DNA of 64,000 nt from NCBI GenBank assembly GCA_965637545.1, contig OZ281499.1:16306001-16370000 (forward strand). The letters are read 5' to 3'. The position numbers were made by a program, and so were the translations under genes. Positions within the stretch are counted from its first letter, which is position 1. Every line of letters begins with the position of its first letter. Positions 59,112-64,000 of this stretch are shown here, one piece after another. The stretch is from Phallusia mammillata. Its lineage: Eukaryota. The notes beneath the pieces were generated by a model, which saw only the letters and a list, made by a program, of their open reading frames with translations, ran no database searches and was not told the DNA's origin.

Positions 59112-62100
59112 ATACGAATGTATTTTGAAAATAAAAGACAGAAAAGTAGAATTAACACTTAACCACATCTCTTCCTAACTCCCAGTTCCGCTTCGGCATA
59201 GTGGATGTTGTAATTGAACCAACGATTTCCACCAGGACGTCAAACTTCCCTTATTCCCTTCTGTTGCCGCAGGAACAGAAGGGAGTGTGGTGATTGATTG
59301 GGTTTCGCTAATCCGCCTAATTACCAAACTAAGTGCTTTGCTTCCAGGCAATTTGTCACAGAAAAAGACCAAATATGGCTGTGAAAGCCATGACGTAGTA
59401 ATCACATGTCTTTGTACCTATTTATATTTTTGATAAAAATCACCTCATGAAACACATTTGTGTGTCAAAAAATGATGACAAAGATTATGAAATTAATGAC
59501 GCAATAGCAACGTAACAAGTACTTGCCTACAAAGACGATCGAGAGTCATGATGATGTCAATTTCTCAAGTCCTAAATATAGTTTTTCGTGTATAGTTTTT
59601 TTGAATGTATCTTAAATTATGAGATACAAAAAGTGTAGAATCACATTTTAACGGTGACACGCAAAATGCTTAGTCATGCCGAAGACCATTGTGTCAGGCA
59701 TTCATCGTCAGAAATGCTCTGGATATATTTGGACAACTTTATCTGTTATTGTCAGTGCACAAATATAGGGATTGAAAGAAAATACTCATCTTTTTTAACA
59801 TTCTTTCATGGGGAAAACAGGTGCACAGATCAATTTTTCATCAGGCAGTTTAACCTCAAAGCAATGTTAACTATCCTCGCAACGAACACACGCGGTATGT
59901 GCAGCCCCAAAACCTGGTTTGAGTTGGCACGTGAAACAACTTAAGCTGTCTGTTCATAGCAAACTTTAGCACTCAACGCCAAAATCGTATTTGTGCAGTT
60001 GGCTCTTGACTTGAGCCGCGATGACGGATCCACCTACTTGAGTGTTTGTTGATCAATGGCTTTGAGCACTCAACGGAAGCCCATCCGTCCTTCCTAGGGC
60101 CATTAGAGGACCCTGAAGGCTCGCCTGCTCCAAGGCGTTGTAATTGATGATGGTGGATCTTGACTGAAAATGCCAGCAGCTTTTCGTTGATGGATAATAA
60201 CTTGTTTGTTGTGCTTGCTAATCAGTTGTTAGTCACGGCTTGTAGGTTTGCAAGATTCCGATAAAAGATAAATGTGTTTTTACCTCCAAACGCTTTGAAG
60301 TTGTTTTGCACAGAATTGGGGCAAATACCGGTTGCAATTTGCAAAACCCTTTGCAATCAACATGTTTGTCAAGTTCACTGTACCCTTTGTGGCCAAATAC
60401 GAAACTCCATTTAATTGCCCATTAACAGACTCAACGATTTTGTACAACGAAAAACAAACATTTCGATCCATTCTTTAAATACGGGCCAACCAAAACAGTT
60501 CGATCAGTTGGCTATATAAAGTAGTTAAAGACAACATTATTTTTTACAACTTGAAATTTACTTTCGTTTGCAACCGCTTATATGACTTTCACTTAAGTGT
60601 GTTAATGGTTGTACAAACTCCCGAGGGTGGTTTTATTACTTTTAAATGGTGCAAACGACGCCTGTAAATCACATCGTTTTTGCCAAGTCTTTTTCAGGTG
60701 TGTTTGAAGCGTAAAGTCAATCGTCCACCGACTTGAATAAAGTTTAGTTTTTTAGCTTGGCAACAAGACCAAGAGTTTTTTGTTTTCTATTTACAATCAT
60801 GTTTTTCCTCTTTCTTAGTTTAAATAACTTAAGTTTTTTGGATCTTTTGATTGCAAAATCCATCAGGACCATAAGCACTGAAACAATCTCCAAGCCAGAT
60901 AGTTGCGCAGCATTAAAGATAACCTGACGTCGCAACCTATAACTAATTTCCGGTAAATGTAAGTCATGAATTAGTTGGTAACAGTAAAGTCCTGCAACAC
61001 ACGTAAGTCCTCACCTTTACCACGAAATCGCACAACACTACTCGCACAAAGTTATTCAACGTACCTTTCTATTGAATTTGCGGTTGGAAATAGTACTTAG
61101 GTAAACTACTTGAAGTTATAAAAGTTTTGCCATGCGTATTTGTTCTAATGTGTTCAACCGTTTTTAGCAGCAAAATAAACTCTAAATAGGTAAATCAATG
61201 CTTATGTCCGTCCATGGAACTATACATAAACATTGATTAGAAATTTCGCCTTGATAAGTAATTAATTTGGTTTGTTGAATTGTAAATTTTGCAATGAAAC
61301 GGTGCATCACCTTCGGAAAACACTGACACGAAAAAGTTGCTTGACGTGGTATCAGCTTCAAAAATCGCTTAGCCTGTACTAAACCGGACTATAGGAAGGA
61401 TACAAAGGCATATTAATACATTACGAAACCGCACAAAGCGGACACGTTAGGTGCGTCTTACTGATGAAAGGAGAGCAGTAGAAACCTGTACCGCGCCCGG
61501 AAAAAATCCTTTAGGCGGGAATATACTTGTATATTGTGATATCACACTACCCGAATTCCAGAAGGATGATGAAATCCCGTATCACAACCGCGACAGGCAG
61601 TGTAGTGGAACGACTATGATGCTTTCGCCGCCCAAGGAGTCTTTGGAGACCTGAAATTACCGTTCGTAGTAACAACACGCGCCTACTATCATCACATACT
61701 CGGCAATTAGGCGAGATCTCAAGGTTGAATTACAGAGGATTGCCAGACGGCCTTTAGACTTTGTGATCTTTTCTGAATGGCTGCACTTGACCGTTCAAAG
61801 TACGAACTGCCTTGGACGTGACTTTTGCATTCCCAGGACTCGAAGCAGCTTTCTTTGGCGACGGGTCAAGAAAGCTTATACCGTGCTTGAAATGAGTTGT
61901 ATGTGGAGTAGCATAAGACGAATGTGTCTCAAAAAACCATAAACTTCCTTTTGATTTAGCTTGTTGATAGTCTTGACATGACGTCACGTGTGACGAAAGA
62001 ATCGAAACGTACTAAATCATAAAACAAACAGAAGATCCTACTAAACCAGAAGTTTGGCTTTAAATGTGTCCAAATTCAGAATCTGGTTGGAATTGGTGTA

Positions 62101-64000
62101 CTGTAACTATAGTCGTTACATGTGCACAAATCATCATTTAATCTCATTTTATGAACCTGAAAGATCTGACAACATTGCGAAAGAATATACTTAACTTACT
62201 TTTCATGTAGGTTGCTTCCCCACTTTCTCTATTATTGTCTCTTTTCCAGTTTGCCACAAACATGCGGATATATATTGAGATAACAGTTTTCCGCACCTTC
62301 AAACTCCGCATCTTAAAACAGCATCGACGGTTTTGTCCATTTCAAAAATTAAGTCTTTATCAATTTCAAAGGGACAGTTAAGCTCGAATGCGAACCAGAC
62401 GACACTTTTCTGTTGTTGTTTGCTGTGACAAAGGTGTTCGGAATCATGATCGGGCGATTTCTATTTACCACAACATGTCACAAGTTTTTGCGTGGTGGCA
62501 TACAACACCAACGCGCTGACTTTATCGTCATTCCCAACGCCCTCTAGGCCCGGAAACATTGGCCGTGAGATCTACGTATTAAGTAAAAATATAACATCTT
62601 GCCTTAAAACGTGAAACAATGTCGTAAAAATGTGGATTCAATTTTGAACATATAATCGATATATAATTGGTTGAATTACTTCGGTCTGTACAGATTTTAT
62701 GTGTCCCTGGGCAATCCATAAAAAAAGTCGTTTGTTGTTTTAAAGTGGTTTAGACGCACCTTAAGGTACACCCACCCTTGTTTAAATCCGTTTGATGTAT
62801 ATTAAGTCGAGTTATAATACTTTTGTGAGATCAAAATTGAAACTATAGATAGATGAGAGCTAAAAGAGTTACGAAAAAACAGCAGATCCGCTATCGATCT
62901 GTACGCTTTTGTTGATACTCAAAGTCTCGCTTTGGTTTGGCCTGGAATTTACCAAAATGGGTCGCGATAGCAGAGGAATAGGATGAAATGAAAGTTCGAA
63001 AGCATAGCAGCAGTAGCTCCTTGGTCAAATAAGATTGTAATCCATTTGTGATACGCCAAACTTGATAATACTGTAAGTCCCATTCCAGGCAAAGTGAATG
63101 AATTACTTCATTACTTTGTCATTTATTGTCGTAAAACTGTTATTGATCTATTTCGAGGCTTTTTTCACACTATTAGTATCTTTGCGGATGTTTGCCTAAA
63201 TACGTGGACCCTAGAACCTATACCCACACTTCGCTTCCCAACAAATATTTTACAGCCGCGAGCAAACAATGTCACGCAGCTTGTTCCAGTCAATTTCTAC
63301 AGCAAACATTGCAAAACCCTTGCAAATATCGGGGTTAACCGCCTCTTTTTGCAGGGGCGGAAAATAGTTATTAGCGCATTAACAAAACGTGCTCCTCTTG
63401 TGAATTTAACACCCGTCGTTAGAAACTTGTTTGTAGTTTAAAGGGGTCAAACGGTCATGTCTTTTAACGCTTTTTGCAAACCTGTAGTGGATAGTATAGT
63501 TTGCAATACGATCGCTCACAAAAACTGTTTTATTTAGTTATTTAAAAAATGTAATATATCTAAACTTAGCTAAACGTAGTCAACCTTCTAAACCCCCAAA
63601 ATCTAGGTAAAGTGTATTAAATTACCACTCTTCTCTCTGAATCGTAAGCAATTCCCTTCAGAATTTATCTGTAGGTTCATTGTTAGTTTCACAGGCCCCG
63701 AAAGGGTTTCAAATTTCCAATTAAAATTGCACATTTTATTTCCCATCAGCGTCATGTATTATTTCACCATTTCAGTGAGTTGTTTTCGCGTTTTCAATTC
63801 TGCACCCTGACGTCTGCAATGAGGAACTGTGGTTTGTGGGCGACCTGGCGAGCAAATATTTAAACTAGGTAATCGACCTTCCCACAATCTGCTTTGAGTA
63901 AACCCTAGATACCGCAGTTTCATTAAGGCATAACCATGTTGTCGCGCAGTTTGTACAAAACAACATCGACCGCGTTACGCAATCTTCTCATGTTGCAAAA

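Noticed and set aside
43500-64000. Remaining 60-130 aa ORFs in the supplied track (many with TTG/GTG starts)
   Set aside because: No recognisable domains, no consistent exon chain, and lengths are as expected for random ORFs. Non-ATG starts are not meaningful in this eukaryotic context.
1-64000. CRISPR arrays, rRNA, prokaryotic operons or terminators, autonomous transposons, NUMT
   Set aside because: No regularly spaced repeat-spacer array, rRNA-like sequence, RT or transposase ORF, or mitochondrial-type genes were seen. The DNA is spliceosomal eukaryotic throughout.

Overview
Eukaryotic, AT-rich (roughly 35% GC by eye), intron-containing genomic DNA. It looks like an invertebrate chordate such as an ascidian; this is inferred from compact GT-AG introns, hAT MITEs, PHEX-type M13 peptidases and candidate trans-splice acceptors, and is not proven. 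Four spliced genes on the + strand were reconstructed by hand with open frames across every junction. (1) A CLIC chloride intracellular channel gene, 2827-5548, whose first exon was not found. (2) A divergent SLC2A/GLUT-family sugar porter, 9134-15606, 11 exons, 534 aa. (3-4) Two tandem 20-exon M13 zinc endopeptidases, 18929-27737 (900 aa) and 29683-41603 (923 aa). The M13 pair carries PHEX-diagnostic residues, but instead of the usual type II membrane anchor each has a signal peptide, a 32-37% Asp/Glu segment and a six-Cys Sushi/CCP-like module ahead of the catalytic domain. This architecture, plus the divergence of the two active-site pockets, is the main candidate for an undescribed system. 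The last ~22 kb has no long ORF. It contains an orphan signal-peptide exon (48162-48304) missed by the ORF track, followed by what looks like a long enhancer-rich intron with a triple CRE cluster. Several hAT and Tc1/mariner-type MITEs with intact TIRs and TSDs lie in introns and intergenic DNA. Reference residue numbers (neprilysin, PHEX, GLUT1, CLIC1) come from recalled sequences aligned by eye and need a computed alignment.
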